Shown: positions 9,825-19,902, numbered from the stretch's first letter. The stretch is 64,000 nt of DNA from Armatimonadota bacterium (GCA_039811685.1 JBDHZC010000001.1:384001-448000), one strand, 5' to 3'. Numbers and translations are program-made. The notes: generated by a model from the letters alone, not told the origin.

Positions 9825-10598
9825 ATGAACTCTGAGACGACATCGCTTCTGGAGCGCTTCCATACTGACGGTTATCTCCTTGTCAAAGAGGCTTTGAAGC
9901 CAGAGGAAGTTGTCCGCGTCAGAGAAGCTGTACTCAAGGTCTTTCGCGAGACTCCATCAGACTACCGCTCTGACATCCGGCTGCGGATGTTCGAGCACGG
10001 CCTGGTGTTTGAAGAGCTGATTGACCACCCCGCTCTTATCGAGATTCTGGAGGCCATTCTGGGCTCAGACTGCCATCTCATAGCACAGAACGCCATACAT
10101 ACCCGTTTTGGCGAAAGCGTTGCGCCATTCTTTCATGCGGATGACGTCGTGCGTTTTCCAATTGACGAAGGCGTGGAGCTGGATCAGCAGATCGTAATGC
10201 CCTGCTTCACTGTGAACATGAACATCTTTCTGACTGATGTCACCGAAGCCGACGGGCCGACAGAAATCGTTCCCGGAAGCCACCGAAGCGGCCGCCAACC
10301 ACAAGACTCAGACCTGGCAAGCAACGGAAAGCCGGAGTTCAAAGGGCGTGCAGCAGTCTCTGTGGCGGCTTCCGCAGGCGATGCGCTGATGTGGAACGAC
10401 CAGGTATGGCACCGGGGAGCGCCGATTACGCGACCGCATGGCGAGCGTATCGTGCAGCAGGGCGCCTACGGTAGACGGTGGGTCGCTCAGAGATTCCACC
10501 CGTACGTAAACTATCGGCTGCCGGATCAGGTAGTTGAAAGAGCAAACCCTCGCCGCAGGAGACTGCTGGGATTGCACGAAATGGGCGCCTACGGTTAG
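9825..10598 (+). CDS. Phytanoyl-CoA dioxygenase (PhyH) family Fe(II)/2OG dioxygenase
   Basis: FHTDGYL, HAD iron ligands, FLTDV...DGPTEIVPGSH, WHRG; GAGAGG SD before ATG 9825. Confidence 0.88.
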   Translation: MNSETTSLLERFHTDGYLLVKEALKPEEVVRVREAVLKVFRETPSDYRSDIRLRMFEHGLVFEELIDHPALIEILEAILGSDCHLIAQNAIHTRFGESVAPFFHADDVVRFPIDEGVELDQQIVMPCFTVNMNIFLTDVTEADGPTEIVPGSHRSGRQPQDSDLASNGKPEFKGRAAVSVAASAGDALMWNDQVWHRGAPITRPHGERIVQQGAYGRRWVAQRFHPYVNYRLPDQVVERANPRRRRLLGLHEMGAYG

Positions 10599-12814
10599 TT
10601 TAGGACAGACAGGTCGTCCCACGAACGAATCTGGAGGAACCGCCGGTTCTCGGACCATCCTCCTGGGACACTGCCTTCGGCTACTCCTGTCACACGCACA
10701 GTGTTTCCGACAGCGACTCCGGCTGGCAAAGTCAGGGAAGGACACTGCACAAGCACCGTGCCAATTCCCCAGTTGTCGCGAATATCAGCGCCGTCATCGA
10801 CATAGATATTAGCGCCGGCTTTGGCCATGATGCGTCCGGTCACGCTCCTGAGCAATCCGACATTATTCAGACCTTGAGCGTCTTTGACCCCAGGTGTAAA
10901 TACGCCCAGTCGCTCTCCTCCAATGCTGGCGCAGTTGGACACCAGAGGAGCGGGCGTCTGTCCCGATCCTGTCTTGACAAGGATAGTCGGCGCAATCTGG
11001 CGCTCACAGGGCACTCCCCCCAGAGTGCGGGTCGAAATGGAGCCAGTCAGGCTTACAATATCCCCTGGAGCAAGTGATTCCTGCGTTGTCAAAATACGAA
11101 TTCCAGCAGAGCGATCTGCCTCTTGCACGTAAACAACACCGTCGGCCGGGAATACCGCGCTCACCACTTTGTTTGCCAACGCAACAGAGGCGCCATCAAT
11201 CTGCAAACGCGCTTCTCCAATACGGACTGGACTGCCGAGCATAAGAAAAACAGCATCCTCGCTGGCTGCCGGGACAAGGCCGGGTCCTCCACTTTGGACA
11301 GAGTAATGATACACACTACCCTCACTCAGCCCCGTCAGAGTAATGGAATGTTGCGTTGTGAGATAGCTAGAGGACTCCGACAACCCGTACGCGGGCGTGA
11401 GTCCATAGCTGACGGCACTGTCCGACGGGATATTGGTTTTCCAGGTGACAGTGGCCGAGTCTCCAGCAACAGTGACGGTGGGGCGGCTTGTAATCAGCAC
11501 TTGATCCGGCGATGGTTCCGCCAGCACCCGCACCGTATAACCGGTCATCGTGATTGGCATGGAAGGACTGGTCTCGACTCGTCCCGCAGGACTGACGTCG
11601 TCGACCACGTACCACACTCCGTTTCCCGCGCCTCCTACAGCATTGACATCAACGACATTTGCCCCTGTCGTCTTGTTGATCAGAACCAGGTGCGTCTCGC
11701 CAGGATTACCGTACCTGCAGGCGAAGGCCTCCACCGTACTGCTTCCGCTCACCTGAACATCCACCAGCGTTGCGCCGCGCGGAAAGTACTTCGCGATATT
11801 TTTCTTGGCATAAAAAACGGGAGCTCGATTGGCTGGCTGCTGAGCGTACCACATCCCGAATCCCGGTGGGCCGCCAGCATAGTCATCGCCCGTCCCCTCC
11901 CAGAACATTTCCGTCGCGACGAAGCGGCCGTTCCCAGTCCTGAAGAAGCGCTTCAACAGAGAAGCATAATAAACAGCGTTGAACGTAGTTTTAATTCGAG
12001 GGTCTGTAGCCCAAAGCCCGTTCACATCTCCTGCCCAGGCATTTACATTGAACTCACCCATGATGAGCTTGACGTTCTTACGATCCACAGGCAGCGCGTT
12101 GTAGGCGTTGTCGATATCTTGTTCGTAATACTGAAGCTGGTAGAGGATGGTGGCATCACTCGGCCAGTTCGGGCCGGGATACCAGCCGCCATAGCGATGC
12201 CAGGAAATGAACTGGATGTTGTTGCCAGATGAGGACGCGAAAAGAGCGTTATTCCAGGTTGTCAGCAAGGCCGCCGTACCTGGCCCACCCACCATCGCCT
12301 GCGGGTAAGCCGCGTGGATTTTGGGCTCGACCACTGTGAACATATCCACATAAGTGGACTGTGACCAACCCGTGAGGTCCGGTTCGTTAATGAGCTCCCA
12401 CATCCAGTTGGAGATATCGTACATCGCTTTGTAACGGCTGACTGCAGCCGCACACCAGTCGCCCCACTGTTCGTAAGTTGTCCCGGCCGGGATGAACTGA
12501 AAGCAGATCATCGGGACAGCGCCGCAATCCACCACGGCTTTGACGAGTTTGTCCAGATTCGCCTGTGTCCAGTCCGGGCGATAAAACACGCGGATTCGAG
12601 CAGTCTTTATGTCGCGGTGGTTCTGAAGAATCTGAGCGTTACTTCCGACGCCTATACCCGCAAATGGCTTGGCACGGTCCACCTCATTCATCCCGTACTC
12701 AGTATTGATGGTTCCAATGGGACTGTTGTAATTGACAGTCACCGTGGCGTTATCAGCAAGGCAAGCTGTCAAGACCAGAAAAGTAAGGGGGATAATGAGG
12801 CTGAGAAGACGCAA
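10595..12814 (-). CDS. Secreted GH39-like (clan GH-A) glycoside hydrolase with FN3-like domain and C-terminal tandem OB-like module
   Basis: Signal peptide; WELINEPD acid/base, FISWHRY, IMGEFN nucleophile; TVTWKTNIPSDSAVSYG...H...LTGL...YHYSV FN3-like domain; TTG start with AAGGAAGG SD. Confidence 0.78.
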   Translation of the reverse strand: MRLLSLIIPLTFLVLTACLADNATVTVNYNSPIGTINTEYGMNEVDRAKPFAGIGVGSNAQILQNHRDIKTARIRVFYRPDWTQANLDKLVKAVVDCGAVPMICFQFIPAGTTYEQWGDWCAAAVSRYKAMYDISNWMWELINEPDLTGWSQSTYVDMFTVVEPKIHAAYPQAMVGGPGTAALLTTWNNALFASSSGNNIQFISWHRYGGWYPGPNWPSDATILYQLQYYEQDIDNAYNALPVDRKNVKLIMGEFNVNAWAGDVNGLWATDPRIKTTFNAVYYASLLKRFFRTGNGRFVATEMFWEGTGDDYAGGPPGFGMWYAQQPANRAPVFYAKKNIAKYFPRGATLVDVQVSGSSTVEAFACRYGNPGETHLVLINKTTGANVVDVNAVGGAGNGVWYVVDDVSPAGRVETSPSMPITMTGYTVRVLAEPSPDQVLITSRPTVTVAGDSATVTWKTNIPSDSAVSYGLTPAYGLSESSSYLTTQHSITLTGLSEGSVYHYSVQSGGPGLVPAASEDAVFLMLGSPVRIGEARLQIDGASVALANKVVSAVFPADGVVYVQEADRSAGIRILTTQESLAPGDIVSLTGSISTRTLGGVPCERQIAPTILVKTGSGQTPAPLVSNCASIGGERLGVFTPGVKDAQGLNNVGLLRSVTGRIMAKAGANIYVDDGADIRDNWGIGTVLVQCPSLTLPAGVAVGNTVRVTGVAEGSVPGGWSENRRFLQIRSWDDLSVLN

Positions 12815-12851
12815 CAGAGACCTTCCTTAACAGTGAGAGGCGCTTTTCTCT

Positions 12852-12860
12852 ATTGTATCA
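12852..12860 (-). promoter_or_regulatory. Extended -10 promoter for the GH39-like gene
   Basis: TGATACAAT (TGnTACAAT) about 38 nt upstream of the start. Confidence 0.5.
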
Positions 12861-13002
12861 TTTTATGAGGACGAGCAGGGCGCTGTGGAAGATTGGCGGT
12901 TTTGCTTCTGGGCGGGTGAAATCCGAGGCAGAAAGGCCAGCGCCGGAGCATCGGCGCTGGCTCTCAACCTCAACAAAAATCATTTCCCAGCAGACGGTAT
13001 CG

Positions 13003-13893
13003 CTAGGAACGGCCCGGAAATGTCAGCTCCGCTATGCCGGATTTGTCCAGGTTTCCTTTGCCAAGGTCAACCATCCGGTCAAACTGTTTCTTGCTAGCTT
13101 CCGCAAGCGGAAGAGTCAAGCCCTTTTCCCTGGCGAGACTCAGCGCGATACCAGAGTCTTTGGCCGCATGCGCTGCTGAGAAATAGCACTCGTGATCACG
13201 GTTCTGCATGTCCTCGCCGTCAGTTTCAAGCACACGCGAATTTGCGCCTGTCTGGCTGAATACCTCACGCAGCATGGTCAGATCCAGCCCGAGCGCCTCT
13301 CCAAGCCCCAGCCCCTCGGCCAGACCCGCGGTGTTGATGTTCATGACCATGTTCACCAGTGCCTTGACTTGAGCCGCCCTGCCCGCTTCCCCAATGTAGC
13401 GAAGATTCTTGCTCATCGCCTCGAGGATCGGGCGACACTGTTCAAAAGTGTCGCGCTCCCCGCCGCACATCAGGTACAGCGTGCCCTCTCGAGCCTGAGT
13501 GATGCTGCTCGCCATGCAACCTTCCAGCGCGCGCGCTCCGGCAGCTCTGGCTATGTGCTCGATCTCAACATGAACCGCAGGACTAACTGTAGCACAGTTG
13601 ATGAAGACTTTTCCGCCTGCATTGCGCAGGAGACTGTCTCCGGCGTCAGTGAAGATAGCGCGCATTGCCGCGTCATCAGACACGACAGTAATGACGAAAT
13701 CTGAAGCAGAGGTGACCTCCGCCAGGGTATCGCACGCCTGTGCGCCAATCTCCTCAGCGAGCTCTCTTGCGGCCGCTTTGTTAACGTCATACACCGCGGC
13801 TACTGCAAAGCCCTCGTCCTTGAGATGACGCGCGATATTGGCCCCCATCCGTCCTACGCCTACAAAACCGATTCCGACGCCGGAGTACGCCAT
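13003..13893 (-). CDS. NAD(P)-dependent oxidoreductase, 3-hydroxyisobutyrate dehydrogenase family
   Basis: GFVGVGRMG Rossmann motif, VKALVN catalytic Lys, AAKDSGIA. Confidence 0.88.
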   Translation of the reverse strand: MAYSGVGIGFVGVGRMGANIARHLKDEGFAVAAVYDVNKAAARELAEEIGAQACDTLAEVTSASDFVITVVSDDAAMRAIFTDAGDSLLRNAGGKVFINCATVSPAVHVEIEHIARAAGARALEGCMASSITQAREGTLYLMCGGERDTFEQCRPILEAMSKNLRYIGEAGRAAQVKALVNMVMNINTAGLAEGLGLGEALGLDLTMLREVFSQTGANSRVLETDGEDMQNRDHECYFSAAHAAKDSGIALSLAREKGLTLPLAEASKKQFDRMVDLGKGNLDKSGIAELTFPGRS

Positions 13894-13894
13894 C

Positions 13895-14335
13895 TCAGGA
13901 GTTGTTCACCTGAGCGTGAAAGTCGTTCCAGTCTTCCAGATCGTTCAAGCTGACCGCGTCCAGAATGGAGCCATCATCCGGAATTCCGCAAGCCTGAGTG
14001 ATCGTCTTTCGCGTCTCGTCCCGGTGGTTGTAGCCTTTGATCGTCTCGTTGATTTTTTGGATACTGGCCTGGTCGAGCTTGGTCGCGTGCTCCTTAACCC
14101 AGCTCTCAAACTGCGGATACGTCGGTCTCTTGGTCTTAATGAAGTCGATCACGGCATCACAATCCAGACCTAGTCCCTCTACAACAATGCGGTCAAATCC
14201 CGAACCGCAACTGTCGTAGCCGTCCGCCAGTTTTCCATTCGCGTCCAACAGGAGCTTTGACCATAAACGCGGAAGCTGAAGGACTCCAAGAGGTCCAGCG
14301 GTTCCAGAACTGATAGTGGGTACAATACCTGCCAT
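13895..14335 (-). CDS. DUF5069-like protein
   Basis: VPTISSGTAGPLGVLQLPRLWSK...GY...GFD...LGL...PTYPQFESWV...LNDLEDW; GGAGGAG SD before ATG 14335. Confidence 0.72.
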   Translation of the reverse strand: MAGIVPTISSGTAGPLGVLQLPRLWSKLLLDANGKLADGYDSCGSGFDRIVVEGLGLDCDAVIDFIKTKRPTYPQFESWVKEHATKLDQASIQKINETIKGYNHRDETRKTITQACGIPDDGSILDAVSLNDLEDWNDFHAQVNNS

Positions 14336-14535
14336 TTCTCTCCTCCATCTCACCAGAGTCGCCCAAACAGGGCGCATTGTCTGTTGGGTGATTGTAGTCT
14401 CTAATACCCAAAAGTGGGCGAAGGCTGCCATGTGGAACCTTCGAGCGCCTGGAGGATGGCGCTTGTCGGTACGGGATTCTGCCTCACCTCAACGGGTGAG
14501 TTACGGGCGCGTGAAGTTCGCCCAATACTCCAGCC

Positions 14536-16752
14536 TCAGGCCTCAGAGACAGCTTCCCACACGTGTACTGCGTGGTCCAGGCTCAGTTCCAGACGCAGCC
14601 AACCGTCGCTTTCCCACGATCCGCCAACACACGGCCACTCACGCAGCGACGCTTCAGCAATCCCCGTCGCCACGTCGAATACAGTGGCGCGCGGAGAAGG
14701 AGAGGCGATCTGCAACCACACGAGCTTGCCCTCTTTGAAACGCCCCGATACGCGCAGACCTCCTGCGCCAGCCAGATCATGAAACTCGGCCTGCGGCGCC
14801 CCAATGGGGCATCCAGTAATTCTCGTGACTCCTTCGTCGGTTATCTGTATGAAAAGTGAGTTTATGGAGAAGACAAACGCGCCTGCGCTTGTGGTGAAGA
14901 ACGGAAGCGAGATGTGACCATCTCTGCTCACCTGCTCGCACGGAACCAGGCCAGGAGCGGTTGCGGCAGGCGCATCCTGCAGGATTTCCAAAGCGCATTC
15001 GCCGTCACCTGCGATCGCATAGGCCGTGGCAGCGTGTGCGCACGTCCACAGCCATCGGCTACCACCGTAGTTCGGAAGATTTCCCGGCTGGAGTCCGCTG
15101 TCCGTTCTCACCGCTTCACAGAACGAATCTAACGTTCGTCGCGCAATCGCTGAGAACGGGTCTATTCTGAATGGGAAAACAGGACCCACTTCAGCTACGT
15201 GCCGGTGCTCGGCAGCCTCACAGGTTAGATATCGCTGGTCATTCGCGGTTCGAGGCAGCGCTTCTCGCAGTCCTGCAGCAGCCATCTCCCATTCATGTGC
15301 GTCTTCGACTGAGACGCCAAGTCCGCGTGCTGCGGCGGCGGCAATTTCCAGGCTTCTGATAGCCGCGCACATCGTATAAAGACCGTTAGCCACCGGATAG
15401 ATTGCTTCGTCATAGTCTGTCACAGGTTTGACCCCGTAGCGGCCGTCACGCATCTCGACGATGTTCAGAACCCAATAACGAGCAATCTCCCGAAACATCG
15501 GAAAGAACCGGGTCACATTCTCCTCGCCCCCGTCATAAAGGCACCATTGCCAAGCCTCCTCAGCGAACTGCCCCATGTGGAAATGCTCTTCCAGGAAGGC
15601 TCCATACGGGCTACCGTCTTCACCGCTTTCTGTGCTTTCCCACGCGTACTTTGCGCCGCGAAACGCACTGCGCTCTACGGCCTTCTGCAGCGTCCCGAGA
15701 CGATATTGAGGGATTTTGTGTGCCAGAGCCGCGTGTCCGGAGCTTGCAAGGCCGAGAAATGGATACAGCTCATCGTGAAAGGCGCGCCCCTCCCATTGTG
15801 AGGGACTGACTGCGGGCGGGATACTCCACGGTGTCGAGTTGCAACGCAGGTCGTACAGGCACATCAAGCGCAGAGCGTCGAGGCGATCGTCACCAAGAGA
15901 AACGCGGCTGGTGGCGTGATAATCCTGCCACGCTGCAAGGTGTTTGCTGTAGAGATCCTCAAACGTCCAGGGTAGTCTGGTATAGCGGTAGCGAAGCTTG
16001 TCACCCACGCCCAGTACAAATGTCACAGAATCAGACGCACCCGGCGCAAGCGCAAAAGGATACGACAGATCAACGCCAGCTGCAGCGTCCTCACAGGTCA
16101 CCTGCCCATCAGACGTCAGATCTACACCGCCCAGGTGCCTTTTCTCAACTTCAAAGTAGACAACCCGGCCTGCCATTCCTGACTCGGGCTGACCGAGGCT
16201 GATCAGGCTGTCATCCGGCAGGTTTCCGGCCCAGTCTCCAAAGCGGTAGGCGACGCGAAACTCCCCCGACAGGGCGTCCGATCCTGTGTTTGTCAGGGTT
16301 GTGTGAAAGACCGCCGCATTAGTGTCAAGGCACACAAACGAGACTGTCTCTTCTGTGATTTTCGAGTGAGTCAGACGAGAGTGAAGAGTCCCATCAGCGG
16401 GATTAAGTGTCTGTGTCCAGCTCAACGCGTCGCTGCGCCGTCCGGCAACGACCACCGTGCGCTTGATCTGTCCGAGCCGAAGCAGCGGCTGCGTAGGGCC
16501 ACTGATCCGGCGCCCAGCCATACAAAACACCTGCATGCCAGGCAATGGTTCATCGGTGTGATAGCCGCTCGGGCCAAAAGCGGTCACGAACTCACCATTA
16601 CCCATCAGCCAGGGATGGCTGTTCTTTTCCGTGTGGTCAACAGTAAAAAGACTGAGGAATGCTTCTGTCTGGGACTTCATACCCTTTTGTTGCCCTCGAG
16701 CATCCAGGCATCCTTCACGAATTCCCTCCGTCCCGAAGGAATGCTTGCGCAT
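14536..16752 (-). CDS. GH65-like (alpha/alpha)6 glycoside hydrolase or phosphorylase (start may be ATG 16680)
   Basis: WEGRAFHDE (compare GH.FWDTE), YRLGTL..A..R...RGAKYAWES, EHFH, VTDYDE catalytic region, PFFTTSAGAF. Confidence 0.72.
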   Translation of the reverse strand: MRKHSFGTEGIREGCLDARGQQKGMKSQTEAFLSLFTVDHTEKNSHPWLMGNGEFVTAFGPSGYHTDEPLPGMQVFCMAGRRISGPTQPLLRLGQIKRTVVVAGRRSDALSWTQTLNPADGTLHSRLTHSKITEETVSFVCLDTNAAVFHTTLTNTGSDALSGEFRVAYRFGDWAGNLPDDSLISLGQPESGMAGRVVYFEVEKRHLGGVDLTSDGQVTCEDAAAGVDLSYPFALAPGASDSVTFVLGVGDKLRYRYTRLPWTFEDLYSKHLAAWQDYHATSRVSLGDDRLDALRLMCLYDLRCNSTPWSIPPAVSPSQWEGRAFHDELYPFLGLASSGHAALAHKIPQYRLGTLQKAVERSAFRGAKYAWESTESGEDGSPYGAFLEEHFHMGQFAEEAWQWCLYDGGEENVTRFFPMFREIARYWVLNIVEMRDGRYGVKPVTDYDEAIYPVANGLYTMCAAIRSLEIAAAAARGLGVSVEDAHEWEMAAAGLREALPRTANDQRYLTCEAAEHRHVAEVGPVFPFRIDPFSAIARRTLDSFCEAVRTDSGLQPGNLPNYGGSRWLWTCAHAATAYAIAGDGECALEILQDAPAATAPGLVPCEQVSRDGHISLPFFTTSAGAFVFSINSLFIQITDEGVTRITGCPIGAPQAEFHDLAGAGGLRVSGRFKEGKLVWLQIASPSPRATVFDVATGIAEASLREWPCVGGSWESDGWLRLELSLDHAVHVWEAVSEA

Positions 16753-16803
16753 CAGCAGGCGTGTTCGCCGCGACGCCTTTGCGGAGCTGATACACGAGGT
16801 CGG

Positions 16804-17634
16804 CTAGGCCTTCAGCCCTGTTAGCGTGATGCCTTCAATAAAAGCCTTCTGCGCAATGAGGAAGATGACGATCAGGGGAAGCGCAGCGACGACGGCCCCA
16901 GCCATCAACACAGCCCAGTTTGCGTCTCCGTAAAAACCCTGCAGTGACTGCAGGCCGATGGGGATAGTTTTCATCGCTGGCCGGTTGATGACAATAAGCG
17001 GCCAGATAAAGCTGTTCCAGGAACCTAAAAAGGCAATCAAGCCGAAGGCTGTGAGAGCGGGGCGTGAAAGCGGCAGAATGATGCGCAGATACACGGACCA
17101 CGGCCCGGCGCCGTCAATGGCGGCAGCATCTTCCAGCTCCTCGGGTATGGTCAGAAAGAACTGGCGGAGTAGAAAACACCCGTAGGCGCTGGCGACGAAT
17201 GGCACAATCAGTGCGGCGTAGGAGTCAATCCAGTGAAGCTGCACCATCATAATAAAGAGCGGGATCATTGTAACCTGCGTGGGAACCATCATTGTGGCCA
17301 GGTAAGCAATGAACAGCGCATCCCGGCCGCGGAAGCGCATTCTCGCAAAAGCGTACGCCGCCAGAGAACTGGTGAACAGTTGCGCAACCGTGACCGTTAC
17401 AGCGACCAGAACGCTGTTCAGGAAGAAGCTGCCAAACGGGACAGTCGTCCAGGCCTGAATATAGTTCTCCCAGTGTATCCCGCTCGGGAACAGCGCACCA
17501 CTTGTTGTGAAAAACTCCGTTTTGCTGCGCAGTGACGCCAGCGCCATCCAGACAAAGGGCCCAAGCATCGTCACGGCCAGGACGCCAAGAATCAGATACG
17601 CTAGTGCGTCTGCAGTTGCGCTGGCTTTCTTCAT
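16804..17634 (-). CDS. Carbohydrate ABC transporter permease (MalG-like)
   Basis: FLLRQFFLTIPEELEDAAAIDGA EAA loop; TGATG coupling to the upstream permease. Confidence 0.93.
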   Translation of the reverse strand: MKKASATADALAYLILGVLAVTMLGPFVWMALASLRSKTEFFTTSGALFPSGIHWENYIQAWTTVPFGSFFLNSVLVAVTVTVAQLFTSSLAAYAFARMRFRGRDALFIAYLATMMVPTQVTMIPLFIMMVQLHWIDSYAALIVPFVASAYGCFLLRQFFLTIPEELEDAAAIDGAGPWSVYLRIILPLSRPALTAFGLIAFLGSWNSFIWPLIVINRPAMKTIPIGLQSLQGFYGDANWAVLMAGAVVAALPLIVIFLIAQKAFIEGITLTGLKA

Positions 17635-18524
17635 CAGCTTCCGTAGCTCACCCAGCGTCTGGTGATAGAGAGCTGTGCCAGCGTCACGCACAGGATCATG
17701 AGAAACAGTACAAATGCCAGCGCACTGGCGTATCCAAGCTTGAAGGAGGTGAACGCCTGCGAGTACACGTGGTAGACATACACGCTGGTCTGTGGCGTGG
17801 GGGCGCCACCCGTCATCATGTAAATCTGCGTGAAAACCTGAAACCCGGCGATGACAGACATCGTGAAGATGAAAAGTGTGGTGGGAGACAGAAGCGGCCA
17901 GGTGACATGTCTGAAGGTCTGCCAAGGGTTCGCCCCATCAATGCGCGCAGCTTCGTAAAATGAAGAACTGATACCCTGCAGTCCGGCGAGATACAGTACA
18001 GCATTGTAGCCCAGTCCCGCCCAGACACTCATCAAAATGATAGCAGGCATCGCCCAGTGGGGATCGGCCAGCCATCCAGGCGCGCTATGGACAAAAGGCA
18101 GAGCCAGGAGGACCTTGTTTATGATCCCGTAATCCGGGTTGTACATCAAGCGCCAGACGATAGACAGGGCGACGAGGCTGGTCATACTTGGCAGAAAAAA
18201 GATGACACGAAAACCAGCGACGCCCCAGATCTTCCGGTTCATGAGCAGCGCAATGGCCAGGGAGACGACCATAGCCAGAGGCACGGTGGCAAAGGTGAAG
18301 TACAGGGTGTTGCCGAGCACCTGCCGCAAGACATCCCCATGCACAACTTCCGTCCAGATTTTGGCGTAGTTGGCCAGTCCTACATATCGCGGTGGCGTTA
18401 GAATATCCCACTCAAGAAGACTCACCACAAACGCGCCGATGATTGGAATCACAGAAAAGAAGACGAGGCCGACCAGACTCGGCGCAAGAAACGCAGCCGC
18501 CATCACCCCACCGCGATTTCTCAT
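17634..18524 (-). CDS. Carbohydrate ABC transporter permease (MalF-like)
   Basis: YLAGLQGI...YEAARIDGA, six predicted TM segments. Confidence 0.93.
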   Translation of the reverse strand: MRNRGGVMAAAFLAPSLVGLVFFSVIPIIGAFVVSLLEWDILTPPRYVGLANYAKIWTEVVHGDVLRQVLGNTLYFTFATVPLAMVVSLAIALLMNRKIWGVAGFRVIFFLPSMTSLVALSIVWRLMYNPDYGIINKVLLALPFVHSAPGWLADPHWAMPAIILMSVWAGLGYNAVLYLAGLQGISSSFYEAARIDGANPWQTFRHVTWPLLSPTTLFIFTMSVIAGFQVFTQIYMMTGGAPTPQTSVYVYHVYSQAFTSFKLGYASALAFVLFLMILCVTLAQLSITRRWVSYGS

Positions 18525-19891
18525 TGCGCGACTGCCCCCTCCCTGCGGTCGCCTTGACGTTTGGCGTCTCGAATAATAGCGTTAATGGCGCTTGTGAGCT
18601 GTCTGGCGGCTTTGTCAGGGTCTTTGCGTGCCGTGAATATCTGTGTCAGTGTCGAGAGCACCAACTCATCCACCGCCCCCGTGTTCGGGTCCACCTCCAG
18701 TGGCCGCGCATAAGCGGCCACGTCCAGAAACACTCGATCGTGCTCAGGTGGATTACGCGGGTCAAGGAAAACGGGAGACTCGGCGACAGAGATGAAGGAC
18801 GGCATATCGCGCCCCGTCCGCGCCTGGTGGATCTGCCCCTGCACGCCGGTCAACCACTGCATCAGCTTCCAGGCTTCTTCCAGATTTGGCCCGTTCTTTC
18901 GCAAGACATAGCAGTTTGCAAACAGTACTGTCGCTTTCTCTTTTTTCATTGGCGGTGGACCGACATCCCAGCGCACGGGTCGCCCATCCGGGTATTTTGC
19001 GTCGCGGAAGCTCAGGCACCCCCACCGGCCCTGGATAAACATGGCCTGCCGCCCGTTCCGAAACATCTCCCCTCCTCCACCCAGATCCTGCGCCTGCTCA
19101 GGAGAAGGGAAGATACCGTACTTATACTGGCAGTCTCTCAGAAAACGAAGAGCTTCCAATGCTGGAGGCTGATCCAGAAGACAGCGCGACATATCCGGCG
19201 TGAAAAGCCTGCCGCCGTTCTGCCAGATCCAAAAAGCCAATCCGTCTGTCTGGGTCGGCGCATCGCACGCAAACTGATCCAGCCGGCCATCTCCATCCAG
19301 GTCTTTTGTCAGCTTTCTCCCCGCAGCAAGAAAATCTTCCCAGGTCCAGCCTTCGTGTGGATACGGTAGGTGGGCTGCATCGAACATGTCCTGATTGTAG
19401 TAGAGAACGAACGTCGTCCACCCTCTCGGCACACCGTAGAACTTCTGGCGATACTTCAGGGCTGGCAGCAGCTCTGGAAACATCTTGTCAACAGGGAATT
19501 TGTCTCGCCTGATCAAATGGTCAAGAGGTTCCAGCGCATTGCGGTAAGCAAAGGTTGGAAGCTGGTTGTAGGCAAGCTGCATGATATCTGGCGCGACGCC
19601 TGCTGCGAACTGAATCTTCAGACGCTGATAGTACTGCGCGCCAGGCACCTGCTGTATTTCGATAGAAACGTTGGGATGCTGCTCTTTATAGCGATCCAGC
19701 AGGCGCGTGAGCGAAGCGAGTCCTTCAGGACCTTCCCAGCAAGCCAGCGTCAGGTGGACAGTGCCCTTAGAGCTGCTGCTCCGGCTGCACCCACCGGCGG
19801 CCAGCAGAAGAAGCAGCAAGAACCCTGCAACAGATGCGGCGCAGAACCGCCGTGCCAGCAGTTGACCTTGTGCTGTCGCAGATTCCCTCAT
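18521..19891 (-). CDS. Sugar ABC transporter substrate-binding lipoprotein
   Basis: Lipobox-like AAGGC, APDIMQL, LYYNQDMFDAA, WTWEDF. Confidence 0.9.
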   Translation of the reverse strand: MRESATAQGQLLARRFCAASVAGFLLLLLLAAGGCSRSSSSKGTVHLTLACWEGPEGLASLTRLLDRYKEQHPNVSIEIQQVPGAQYYQRLKIQFAAGVAPDIMQLAYNQLPTFAYRNALEPLDHLIRRDKFPVDKMFPELLPALKYRQKFYGVPRGWTTFVLYYNQDMFDAAHLPYPHEGWTWEDFLAAGRKLTKDLDGDGRLDQFACDAPTQTDGLAFWIWQNGGRLFTPDMSRCLLDQPPALEALRFLRDCQYKYGIFPSPEQAQDLGGGGEMFRNGRQAMFIQGRWGCLSFRDAKYPDGRPVRWDVGPPPMKKEKATVLFANCYVLRKNGPNLEEAWKLMQWLTGVQGQIHQARTGRDMPSFISVAESPVFLDPRNPPEHDRVFLDVAAYARPLEVDPNTGAVDELVLSTLTQIFTARKDPDKAARQLTSAINAIIRDAKRQGDRREGAVAQ

Positions 19892-19902
19892 GGCTTTGCG
19901 GA

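Noticed and set aside
11123..12232. Long antisense ORFs (369 aa here; also 18443-19369, 24405-25358, 32219-33052, 50896-51984)
   Set aside because: They are shadows of well-supported opposite-strand genes in GC-rich DNA, with no recognisable motifs.
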